This document shows, piece after piece, positions 41,288 to 50,061 of a stretch of 64,000 nt of DNA (position 1 is the first letter of the stretch; each line of letters starts with the position of its first letter). Both the position numbers and the translations under genes were made by a program. The stretch spans positions 275,062-339,061 of the forward strand of contig OZ245000.1 in assembly GCA_965223375.1 (NCBI GenBank). Direction: 5' to 3'. The notes under the pieces are model-generated. The model was given only the letters and a program-made list of their open reading frames with translations. It was not told where the DNA came from and did no database searches. The DNA comes from Candidatus Rariloculaceae bacterium (GTDB lineage: Bacteria > Pseudomonadota > Gammaproteobacteria > Steroidobacterales > Rariloculaceae).

Positions 41288-41973
41288 GTATCACTGCGAC
41301 AGAGTATGAGTTTGGCCAACTGTTCGCGGACCGTTTCCAAGAAGGCGCTCTCTCGAATCTTGGATTCCCAAAGAACTCACTCAAGGCTGAAGTCGAGTTC
41401 ATGAGCGGTAGGCCAGACTTTGTATGTGGGGACTTTGCTGTTAGAAAATCGCGATTGGTACGCATCGGGGTAATCGGCGATGCGATTGCTACCGAATCCA
41501 GCGCGACTGTGTTGAGCTTGCTCAAGCCAAATTCCGGAAGGAGCCCAGAGTACCTGCGACAGCGAAGCGGACTTTCAAAGAGCAGACTAAATCACGCAAT
41601 TGGTGAACTCCGTTCGGCGCGGCTGATTAAGATCGATAGTCGTGGCCGTCACTCGTTGCTATACGCTCCAAGCGTGCCGCGACCCGAACTATGCGTTTTT
41701 GAGATTAAGCTCGACAAATGGCGACGAGCAATCTATCAAGCGACTCAATACAGAGCGGCGGCCCACCGCGTCGCAATCGTTATGCCCTCAACGGTGGTCG
41801 AGAGAGTTAACGGCGATGCTGCTCGGCTTCGAGCGTTCGAGATCGGCTTGATCTCTCTGGACTATGACACTGGAGAGTTGAAAACAGTCATTCACCCTAC
41901 CAAGGACAAACCACTGTCGGCGCGGCACTACTATTTCGCGCTTGGTAAGTACCTCCAGTCCTCCGCCAGCTAG
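41284..41973 (+). CDS. wHTH plus PD-(D/E)XK nuclease-like protein (sce7726-like by recollection)
   Basis: ATGA overlap with the upstream gene; GRPDFV, HTH (LRQRSGLSKSRLNHAIGEL), then FEIKLDKWRRAIYQATQY (ExK...QxxxY). Confidence 0.7.
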   Translation: MSITATEYEFGQLFADRFQEGALSNLGFPKNSLKAEVEFMSGRPDFVCGDFAVRKSRLVRIGVIGDAIATESSATVLSLLKPNSGRSPEYLRQRSGLSKSRLNHAIGELRSARLIKIDSRGRHSLLYAPSVPRPELCVFEIKLDKWRRAIYQATQYRAAAHRVAIVMPSTVVERVNGDAARLRAFEIGLISLDYDTGELKTVIHPTKDKPLSARHYYFALGKYLQSSAS

Positions 41974-42243
41974 CAGCAATAAGACGAGCAGACCACAGGT
42001 CTCGCTCTTGGGTCGAGAGTTTATAGAGAGGCGGTGCTACTCAGAAGACGGGGTACCCGTTGAAATCTCGCGAGAACTAGTAGGCCCAGAAGTTCTTGAA
42101 CCTATCCGGGACAAGGCCGCAACGCTCGCGATGTCCGGCGATGACGACACACTCAAGCGGGAGTTCGCTGCCGCGATCGCAGAATACCGGGCGTTTCAGA
42201 GCGGGATGCAGTAAGTCACCGTAGCTCCTGATCGATCAGGAGC

Positions 42244-43014
42244 TTAGTGCTTCGCGGTCGCGTTGGCGGCGATCATTGTACGGCGACGGCGCTCAAAAAG
42301 TAGAAAGGCTAGCAATCCCGTCGCGAGCAGAGGCAGCGTGCCCGGTTCTGGAACGGGGTACCTCTGCCGATATTCGTCAAGCGCGAAAAAGACCTGCAGA
42401 CCATTGCCGGCATGAATGACGGCGGCACCTGTTCCGTCGGCGGCAATGTGAACAAATTCGCCCGGACCACTTCCTAGGGGGATGACCGGAGGCGATGATA
42501 GTGGGTAGTCGGACAGATCGAAAGCCGTGTCGTCGCAGTTTTCGAAGTGTGCACTGAAATCCCCGGTTGATCCGCCTCCGTAAATGAAATAGCGGTCTGC
42601 GAAGACAGTTCCGGTCGGACAAGTCCCAAAGAAATCGGGAGTTTGACTGTTGGTAATTCCGATGGTGACGTCAGGCATCGTGTACACAAGCGGTCCTATC
42701 AAGACCTCGACGCCGAACGAAGACCCGGTAGTCGAAAAATTCTGACCATATAGCTCAGGTCTACTTGGTATGCTGCCGGGCGGCAAGAAGGTGCTGGGAG
42801 CTTCATCGTCATACTTGACGAAGGCAGTGATGTTGAGATTCAGTTCAAGGTCATCACGTAGTTCGTCGCCGAAATCGAAGTGGGCGTACCCGGAGCCTCT
42901 CATTTCCAGGACAATCGGGATCGCTGCCGCAGGTTGGGAAAAAAGTGCTCCGGTTAGGCAGCTCAGCGACAGGGCAGCTAGCGGCCACAGGCGCGCACGA
43001 GTCGGCGTGTGCAT
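42244..43014 (-). CDS. PEP-CTERM sorting-domain surface protein
   Basis: Signal peptide ending AAA-IP; C-terminal VPEPGT, TM helix, then RRRR. Confidence 0.88.
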   Translation of the reverse strand: MHTPTRARLWPLAALSLSCLTGALFSQPAAAIPIVLEMRGSGYAHFDFGDELRDDLELNLNITAFVKYDDEAPSTFLPPGSIPSRPELYGQNFSTTGSSFGVEVLIGPLVYTMPDVTIGITNSQTPDFFGTCPTGTVFADRYFIYGGGSTGDFSAHFENCDDTAFDLSDYPLSSPPVIPLGSGPGEFVHIAADGTGAAVIHAGNGLQVFFALDEYRQRYPVPEPGTLPLLATGLLAFLLFERRRRTMIAANATAKH

Positions 43015-43184
43015 TGACGTCCCCCAGTCAGCGTACCTCGGGTAATCTGCAACGTTTGTGCCGAATACGCCGGTATCGCCGCACGTTCAGTAAATTGCAG
43101 AAGAGATCTCTACGACTTTCTCAGACCTATGCCCCCAACTATGTAAAGTACTTCGACGGCTAAAGATCCTTTTCTGTCGGCAAC

Positions 43185-43994
43185 TCATCGTGGGGTGAGC
43201 CAAGCGCACCTGGCTTCATCTTCGATAGCCTTCAAGATCGCGTCGGTCTTTCTACCGATATACCAAAGTACATCGAGCGCCCGGTGTCCCGCGATGCGGG
43301 GGAAGTCTCCGATTACTACACCAAAGTCGATTCGCCCAAACTCTATCGGCGCAACCGTCCCTTCACGCATCGAATAGAGTTCCAGTTCGTTCGTGTCTGG
43401 GTTCCATTCGGGGTTTCTCGCCTGTCGCAACAATGGCCCGGCAGTGATGCAGCCGATTGCAACCGGAATCAAGAGACGGGCACCACCGGCAAGATTTCTC
43501 GCAAACGGAACGATAAATCGGTGTTTGTGGCTATTGGCCAGTTTGTTGAGCGACCAAAAGGTTTCATCTCCACCAATATATGGTGCTGCCCGACGAATCA
43601 CTGCCAAGACGGCTGGCGGGACATCATGCAGATCGCGTTTGATTTGCCCGTCGAGGTCACTCTCACTTGTCGCAAACGGGAACCGGATACGTTTCGGTTC
43701 GGACAATTTGGCGCCCATCGCGCGCCTCCACGCCTGCGCGACAGCAAAGACCGCTTGATCGAGTGATGCCCGCATGTCCCAGATGATGTGCCGAGCAACT
43801 TTGTTCCAATGTTTCGGCGGGTCTTCGGCGCGAAGCTTTACCGTCACCCAGCCTGGGTCGATGTCCGGTACCTGAATCTTGGTGTATGGGCGCCGATTCA
43901 CGAACGCAGCAATCTCCTCTCGGAGCTGTATGAAGTCATCCTGCGCATCCTGGATTAGCGTCCGTGAATCTGAAAGTATGTAATCGTTGCTCAT
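43185..43994 (-). CDS. Island hypothetical protein, possibly HEPN-like
   Basis: Helical ORF with DMRASLDQAV and LNKLANSHKHR segments. Confidence 0.55.
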   Translation of the reverse strand: MSNDYILSDSRTLIQDAQDDFIQLREEIAAFVNRRPYTKIQVPDIDPGWVTVKLRAEDPPKHWNKVARHIIWDMRASLDQAVFAVAQAWRRAMGAKLSEPKRIRFPFATSESDLDGQIKRDLHDVPPAVLAVIRRAAPYIGGDETFWSLNKLANSHKHRFIVPFARNLAGGARLLIPVAIGCITAGPLLRQARNPEWNPDTNELELYSMREGTVAPIEFGRIDFGVVIGDFPRIAGHRALDVLWYIGRKTDAILKAIEDEARCAWLTPR

Positions 43995-44180
43995 TGGGCT
44001 GTCCCGCCATCATGCCGATGATTCAACGGTAAGCGCCTCGAAACTGGTGCTGCAAGCGAATAAGCCCGGCGCGATTGCTAGACGTTGCGTGAAGGCTCGA
44101 TTCGGTGCCGGACAATCAAGTGCTGACGAAGGCGGTGCCGGAGATTGAGCGGATTGCTGCTGCGAGCCTACTTCGCGTGG

Positions 44181-44815
44181 CTACTTGAACACGAACCAAA
44201 TGACGTGCACCCACGCCAAGCCGTGCATGATTTCTGGTAGGACGCATTCGGAGAAGCCGCGGCCGTTGATGGCGGAGCGAATAAAGGCTCCACTCCCGCC
44301 GATTGACAGCTTCCACCAGGGAATCCGCACGACTGCAACATTATTCTTCAAGTTCTCCACGTTCTTGGAGTCTTCGTATCGCCCGCGAATGAAGGTTGCT
44401 TCTGGCTTCCAGCCTGAAACTTCCAAGCGCGCTCCGTCGGTGGACGGTATGAGAGAACGTTTGAAATGTTCGATGTTCTCGGGCACAACCCACCGAGAGA
44501 ACGGTCCCAGGAATAGCTCGTTGGAGAACTCGCGGTGAAACAGACTCCAAGGTGCTGCGGTTTTGGGCCTGGCGAGATAGTAGCTCCAATATAGGTATGC
44601 AAGCGCGAGTGCGGCGACACATAAAGCACATCTTCACGCTCGACTTGTACGGAGCCCCATAGAATACGAGAACCATCGAGCTTGCCCCCGGCAAGTACGA
44701 AGCAGATGATTGCGCTGCTTATTGCCAACACCGATCGTCGGTGTCTGACAAACGCGGAGTCAGTTAGGCCTTGTTCGTCGGCGGCATGAATTCCTTTGTT
44801 GCGCCGAAACTCCAT
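44181..44815 (-). pseudogene. Frameshifted membrane protein gene
   Basis: MEFRR...EDVLYV continues in another frame as VAALALAYLYWSYY...VVPENIEH...WFVFK; break near 44616-44620. Confidence 0.6.
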
Positions 44816-44816
44816 A

Positions 44817-45470
44817 TCAAGGAGTGGCCTGAGCGTTGGGCGGCGGTAGCACGATCGGCTCGATCGACTCGCCCTCAAGCCACGCCGGCGGGTTGAGTTC
44901 GGGGTGCCAGACGAACATGGGCGTGTAAGAGACTTTTTGGGAGGTCCATACGCCGAATGGAAGCTTCCACTCGTATGTGACCCGGATCCGCATTTCAGCA
45001 GCCGTGAGTGGAGGTGGTGTCCGCACATGCTCCTCCATGTTGCACCGGATCTGACGTTGCGCACGTGGCTCCAAAAAGGCTGGCGACACGGATCGTGGCA
45101 ACATGACGTAGTTGCTTCCCAGCTCGACCGACATTCGATCTGGTGGTCCCGACTCAAATTTGTAGATCGCGCATTGAAAGGTGGCGTGCACTGTAAATAG
45201 CAGACTTGCGTTCCTTGCGGTGAACGGTATTTGGAACGCGTCTGAATAGTTCGGTGGGCCAGGCTCGACTTCTGGCACCGTCGGCCAAGGTGGGCCCCGG
45301 AACTGATGCACGGCTTCAACGACGGCCAGGATGCCTAGGGCGATAGTTAGTACCCGGCCAATCGGCGTCGCAATCCAGCGTAGAAGCTTTCGCCATACTT
45401 CGCGTTTGCGACCGCCGGGCGGACTGACCACCGTTGAGCGCCAAGGCCGATTCCGACGAAGATCGTTCAT
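44817..45470 (-). CDS. Membrane-anchored hypothetical protein
   Basis: Basic N-terminus, one TM (VLTIALGILAVV), beta-rich C-terminal region; the next ATG is 1 nt after its stop. Confidence 0.55.
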   Translation of the reverse strand: MNDLRRNRPWRSTVVSPPGGRKREVWRKLLRWIATPIGRVLTIALGILAVVEAVHQFRGPPWPTVPEVEPGPPNYSDAFQIPFTARNASLLFTVHATFQCAIYKFESGPPDRMSVELGSNYVMLPRSVSPAFLEPRAQRQIRCNMEEHVRTPPPLTAAEMRIRVTYEWKLPFGVWTSQKVSYTPMFVWHPELNPPAWLEGESIEPIVLPPPNAQATP

Positions 45471-45489
45471 CGCCCTACCAGTCTGCCAC

Positions 45490-45518
45490 AAGAAGAAAGC
45501 CCGGCGCATGGCCGGGCT
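45490..45518 (-). terminator. Rho-independent terminator
   Basis: AGCCCGGC/GCCGGGCT stem followed by TTCTTCTT on the minus strand. Confidence 0.7.
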
Positions 45519-45539
45519 CGGTGGGGATTGACAGGCCGA

Positions 45540-45764
45540 TCAGGCGCGAGGCCGTTTCTGTTCATCGTGCACGGCGTCGTCTAGTCGCTCGACCGTATCC
45601 ATTAGGACTGACTCGATCGTCTGCAACGTCCCGCGCAGGCACGTAACGTCGAGAGTGAGCGTCTCGCCGTCTGCGGCTGTGATCGACTCCCGCATGGTGC
45701 TGAGCAGGCCGCCAAGGTCCGTCAGCGCGTTCGATATGCCGGTCAGGCGTTCTTGTTCGCTCAT
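45540..45764 (-). CDS. Small helical hypothetical protein (74 aa)
   Basis: MSEQERLTG; ATGA overlap with the upstream gene; GGAGG RBS. Confidence 0.6.
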   Translation of the reverse strand: MSEQERLTGISNALTDLGGLLSTMRESITAADGETLTLDVTCLRGTLQTIESVLMDTVERLDDAVHDEQKRPRA

Positions 45765-46168
45765 GATACGGCCTCCGGATCGTCGTCGGCATACATGGCT
45801 TTTGCTTCTGCCATGACGGACTCGCAGTCGTCCCGCCAGCACAGGGCCACGTTCAACCGCATCGATGCCGCTTCCATCATCTCGGCGAGTGCTTTCAGGG
45901 CGTCGGCATACCTGTGGATCTGATCGGCAGCCGCGGCGAGATGCACGGCGCCTTCACGTTCCCGCACCATGTCGATCACCTCCTGGCCGGTCTTGGTCAG
46001 CGAAATCAGACCGATCCGGCGCCACGGTCCGAAAGGCTCGTTTGCGGTGGCTCGCTGCTCGCACTGTCGCCATTGTTCGTCGGTGAGCTGTGCGGGCTGG
46101 GCCTTGAAGTCGGCGGCCAGTTGATCGAAGTCGACTTCATCGGTTGCGGTATCCTCGTCGGTAGCCAT
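45761..46168 (-). CDS. Small acidic hypothetical protein, phage/satellite-like
   Basis: GGGAGA RBS and ATGGCT start; first gene downstream of selC. Confidence 0.6.
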   Translation of the reverse strand: MATDEDTATDEVDFDQLAADFKAQPAQLTDEQWRQCEQRATANEPFGPWRRIGLISLTKTGQEVIDMVREREGAVHLAAAADQIHRYADALKALAEMMEAASMRLNVALCWRDDCESVMAEAKAMYADDDPEAVS

Positions 46169-46335
46169 CAATCTGTTCTCCCGTAACGGTTGGTGGTAGA
46201 CCGTCCGGGCTCTGTGCAGCTCGGGCGATCACACGTCACGCAGCGCAACGCTGCACGGGAGGCGACTCGCCTATGGCGGGGTGGATGTTGGGGCGTCAGA
46301 ATATCTGACGTAAGCTACTGAATTATAAATACTAT

Positions 46336-46428
46336 TGGCGGAGGTGGATGGGAATCGAACCCACCGCCCGGGTTCGCCGGGCCGCCGGTTTTGAAGACCG
46401 GGGAAGTCACCAGACTTCATTCACCTCC
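46336..46428 (-). tRNA. selC: tRNA-Sec (anticodon UCA)
   Basis: 93 nt GGAGGTGA...CTTCAAA anticodon loop, long variable arm, GGTTCGATTCC, ending GCCA; directly downstream of selB. Confidence 0.95.
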
Positions 46429-46444
46429 ATCGAGGGACGATATC

Positions 46445-48340
46445 TTACCTTTGTCGTAGCCTGCGAAGATTGCCATTGCGCTCGGTCGCGCCAATCGCAT
46501 CAAAGTGCTCGAGCAGAGGCACGATGAAGCGTCGCGTCGAGCCCAGAACATCACGTGCGTCCTTTACGGCAAAAGCTTCCGGATAAGGGTACCTCTCGGC
46601 CAATGAAGCCATCGCGGCCTCGATCGCAGCCGCGTGCAGGAGCTGCGACGCCTTCCGGTCGTAGGTACGCAGCCGGACGACGCGACCGCTCTCGATCAGC
46701 ATCTTGAGCATCGCCTTGCGGATCGGATCGCTACCGACGAGCTGTCGCCAGTCCGGCGGTTCGAGCCCCGACCTGCCAAACAGCGAATCGAGCGTCTCGT
46801 AAACATCCCTTTGCCGATCCGTAAGCGACGCCAGAGCATCATGCTCGCGGAGACAGAGCAAAGAACCGTTCCTGAGCAGCGTGCCCTGGTCCACGAGCCG
46901 ATCCACGACATGTCGAAGCAACTCGGAATCCGTATCGATTCCCACCTCCCTCGAGATCGCCGCGACATCGAACCCGACCGCGGCGTCCGATCCGGCATGC
47001 AGCCCCTCGACGCCGGCCGTCACCGACTCGGCAAGCGCCTCGATCGAAGCATCGGCGACGACGAAGCCCGCCCGGATCTCGACGGCGTCGCACCTCGGAA
47101 GCACGTCACGAATTTCGGCCTCGCTATGACCGGTAGCATCACCAATCGACACGACGGCGACCGGATCCCGCGCATCGGCCAGCAGAGATCGAACGGCCCC
47201 TTCGAGATCCCCGGAGCCGAGCGCCGTGAGCCGCGCGACAATCGAGTCATCGAAGCGCCGGTGCCGGCGCGGGTTCACGGCGAGAACCCTGCCTCCGCCG
47301 AGCGTCGCCGCAGGGGACAGACGCCGAATGATGTATCGCTCCGTCCTGTGCGTTGCAATCTCCCTCTCGAGGCGCCACTGAACCAGTCCCGAGCTGCCGG
47401 GCTCGATGGCGTCGCAACCGAGCAGCCTCGCCGTCGCCGTTACGGCGGTTGCGCCACAGAGCAATCTCACTCTGACGCCATTCGTCAGCGCCTCGGCGGT
47501 CGGCAGGATCGATACTTCGCCATCGACACGTCGCGTCGCCCGCAGGAGGTCCGGCGTTGCGACGACGTCCCCGCGATCGAGCGCAGACAGTTCAACCCCA
47601 CGCAGATTGAGCGCGACGCGCTGACCGGGCCGCGCGATCTCGACGGCACGGCCGTGAACTTCGATGCCTCGCACACTCGCTTCGTGGCCGGCCGGCTGGA
47701 CCACGATCCGCTCACCGACACCGATCTCGCCGTGGCGGAGCGTTCCGGTGACGATTACACCGAACCCGTGCCGGGTGAACAGGCGATCCACGGGCAGAAA
47801 GGCGCCATCGCCGGGTTCGTGACGCTTCCCGGTGCCCGCGAGCGACACCAGATGCGCCTTAAGGCTTTCTATGCCGTCTCCGGTCACGGCCGAGCACTCG
47901 ACGATCGGCGCCTCGGCGAGTGGCGAACCGGCGACGAGCCCGGCAATGTCCCGTCGCAGCCCTGCGATGCCACCCTCGTTCGATCGGTCGACCTTCGTGA
48001 TTGCAATCAGTCCCTGCCCCACATTCAGCAGGTTTGCGATATCGAAGTGCTCGACCGTCTGCGGCGCAACGCCCTCGTCCGCCGCAACACAGAGCATGAC
48101 GGCGTCGATACCGGTTGCACCCGCGACCATTGCGCGAATGAAGTCCTCGTGGCCGGGCGCATCGATAAGATCGACGACCCCTCGATCCGTCTCGAGGAAC
48201 GAAAAGCCGAGCACGATCGAAAGGCCACGTTCGCGTTCCTCAGGCAGCCGGTCCGTCTCGATCCCGGTGAGCGCCCGAACCAGCGCTGTCTTGCCGTGAT
48301 CGACGTGGCCCAGAACGCCGAGCGTGACTCCGCCGGTCAA
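46445..48340 (-). CDS. selB: Selenocysteine-specific elongation factor
   Basis: GHVDHGKT, DRLPEERERGLSIVLGF, DAPGHE, TKVD; C-terminal wHTH with STRRFIVPLLEHFD; TTG start overlaps the selA stop. Confidence 0.95.
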   Translation of the reverse strand: MTGGVTLGVLGHVDHGKTALVRALTGIETDRLPEERERGLSIVLGFSFLETDRGVVDLIDAPGHEDFIRAMVAGATGIDAVMLCVAADEGVAPQTVEHFDIANLLNVGQGLIAITKVDRSNEGGIAGLRRDIAGLVAGSPLAEAPIVECSAVTGDGIESLKAHLVSLAGTGKRHEPGDGAFLPVDRLFTRHGFGVIVTGTLRHGEIGVGERIVVQPAGHEASVRGIEVHGRAVEIARPGQRVALNLRGVELSALDRGDVVATPDLLRATRRVDGEVSILPTAEALTNGVRVRLLCGATAVTATARLLGCDAIEPGSSGLVQWRLEREIATHRTERYIIRRLSPAATLGGGRVLAVNPRRHRRFDDSIVARLTALGSGDLEGAVRSLLADARDPVAVVSIGDATGHSEAEIRDVLPRCDAVEIRAGFVVADASIEALAESVTAGVEGLHAGSDAAVGFDVAAISREVGIDTDSELLRHVVDRLVDQGTLLRNGSLLCLREHDALASLTDRQRDVYETLDSLFGRSGLEPPDWRQLVGSDPIRKAMLKMLIESGRVVRLRTYDRKASQLLHAAAIEAAMASLAERYPYPEAFAVKDARDVLGSTRRFIVPLLEHFDAIGATERNGNLRRLRQR

Positions 48341-49725
48341 CGGACGATCTGGCGCATCGCCTCGATGAGCGCCGGTTCCTCGTGAGCCGGGACGGTCCGC
48401 AGATCGATCAGCAGCGTATCCCGCGCAACGCGGGCGACGACCGGCATCCGCACCGCCCGCAAGCGACGCGCGAGCTCCGCCCCGGACACAGACCTGCTGC
48501 TGCACTCGATCACGCGTGTTGCGAGCTCGCTCATCGGCAGCGCGCCGCCACCGGCGAAGCTCACGTCGTCCACAATGTTCGTCGCGAGCCCACTCTGCGC
48601 GTCGATCTCCTCGGCGACGCGCTCGGCGCGCCGGCCGATCTCGTCAGCGCCCGCGGACAACATCCTGAGCACAGGAATGCACTGCCACGGATCGTTCGGC
48701 GGCAGGTAAAGGCGCAGAGTTGCCGCGAGCGCAGCCAGCGACAGCTTGTCGATTCTGAGCGCGCGCGCAAGCGGATGTTTTCGGAGCCGCCCGATCACGC
48801 TTGCCTTGCCGACAAGTACGCCTGCCTGCGGGCCGCCAAGCATCTTGTCGCCACTGAACGTAACGACCCCCGCACCCGATGCGACGCAGTCGCGCACAGT
48901 AGGCTCCGGGTCGAGGCCGGCAAGCGCAGGGTCGACGAGCGTGCCGCTCCCGAGGTCGTGCACGAATTCGATGCCGTTTCGGTCGGCCAGAGCGGCAAGC
49001 TCCAACGCAGCAGGCTTCATTGTGAAGCCGACGATCCGGTAGTTGCTGGGGTGACTGGTCAGCAACACACGCGTGGTCTCGCCGATCGCCCGGGCATAGT
49101 CGTCTATCGACGTGCGGTTCGTCGTGCCGACTTCGACCATTCGTGCCCCGCTCGCCTCGATGACGTCCGGCATGCGGAAGGATCCGCCGATTTCTATCAG
49201 CTCACCACGCGAAACGACGACGTCGCCGTTCGCAGCGAGGCCCTGCAGCGCCAGCAGCACGGCCGCCGCACAATTGTTGACGACCAACGCCGCCTCGGCG
49301 CCCGTCAGCTCGCAGATCAGCGCCTCGACGTGATTTCCCCGCGATCCCCGCCTGCCGGCCCCCAGGTCGAATTCGAGGTTCGAGTAGCCGCGTGCCGTGT
49401 CATCCATCGCTGCCAGCGCCTCTTCGGCCAGCGGCGCACGACCGAGATTCGTGTGCACGACGATGCCGGTTGCGTTGACGACCCGTTGCAAGGAGCCGAG
49501 CCTGCGAGACAGAATGCCGGAGCGTATCGTCGCGACGAACCGATCGCCGGCGAAATCCGGCAATGCCTCTCTGCCGCCGCGAATTTCGGCGCGGAGCGCC
49601 GCGAGGCGGGTCCTGAGCGCCGCAATCACCTCTTCGCGCGAAAACTCACTGCTCAGCGACGACCCTGGCTCGGTGGCGAGCCAGGCATCGATCCCGGGGA
49701 GTTGTCTCAGCAAATCGGCGGACAT
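48337..49725 (-). CDS. selA: L-seryl-tRNA(Sec) selenium transferase
   Basis: NATGIVVHTNLGRAPL, VSRGELIEIGGSFR, DLGSG, FSGDKMLGGPQAG. Confidence 0.96.
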   Translation of the reverse strand: MSADLLRQLPGIDAWLATEPGSSLSSEFSREEVIAALRTRLAALRAEIRGGREALPDFAGDRFVATIRSGILSRRLGSLQRVVNATGIVVHTNLGRAPLAEEALAAMDDTARGYSNLEFDLGAGRRGSRGNHVEALICELTGAEAALVVNNCAAAVLLALQGLAANGDVVVSRGELIEIGGSFRMPDVIEASGARMVEVGTTNRTSIDDYARAIGETTRVLLTSHPSNYRIVGFTMKPAALELAALADRNGIEFVHDLGSGTLVDPALAGLDPEPTVRDCVASGAGVVTFSGDKMLGGPQAGVLVGKASVIGRLRKHPLARALRIDKLSLAALAATLRLYLPPNDPWQCIPVLRMLSAGADEIGRRAERVAEEIDAQSGLATNIVDDVSFAGGGALPMSELATRVIECSSRSVSGAELARRLRAVRMPVVARVARDTLLIDLRTVPAHEEPALIEAMRQIVR

Positions 49726-49784
49726 CGCAGACTCGACCCGAATGTGCAGCAGCGGCCGATTCTAACCGAGCCGATGGACACGGC

Positions 49785-49955
49785 CCCGCGCAGCCCTTGG
49801 CGGCCCCGCGCAGCGCCTCGCGACCCTCGCAACTCTCAAAGCCCGTCGCCACCCTCGCGATCGTCGCAGCCCCTCGCTCCCGGCCCGGACCCTCGCTTCC
49901 CGCGCAGCCCCGCGGCCCGGGCGCAGCCCCTCGATTCCCGCGCGGCCCCACGCCC
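49785..49955. repeat. Degenerate low-complexity repeat tract (gcagcccctc / gaccctcgc-like units)
   Basis: Many 9-10 bp variants in the selA-trxB divergent spacer. Confidence 0.45.
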
Positions 49956-50061
49956 GCCACGAATGCCTCGGCGTCCGCCAAATGCCATGCCTGGTCAGCC
50001 GGGTATCGTCGGAGCCCGACGAGACGGTACCCTTCCGGTCTCGGTAAACCGCGGAGCGACT

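Larger units (their letters stand above)
37563..46358. mobile_element. Genomic island integrated at selC (~8.8 kb, no integrase visible)
   Basis: Flanking 24-bp direct repeats, visibly lower GC and atypical codon usage, orphan and defence-like genes, IHF site beside the att core. Confidence 0.88.

Noticed and set aside
41942-42214. Fourth gene of the kinase operon
   Set aside because: No convincing start, RBS or motif; it may be a gene remnant and cannot be supported.
44348-45319. 323-aa ORF as a real protein
   Set aside because: Its first half overlaps 44817-45470 in another frame; only the part from 44815 to about 44618 looks coding.
48382-50061. N-terminal ~560 aa of the 867-aa ORF as a novel TrxR fusion
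   Set aside because: It is the antisense shadow of selA plus a low-complexity spacer; the real gene starts at GTG 50062 with an RBS.
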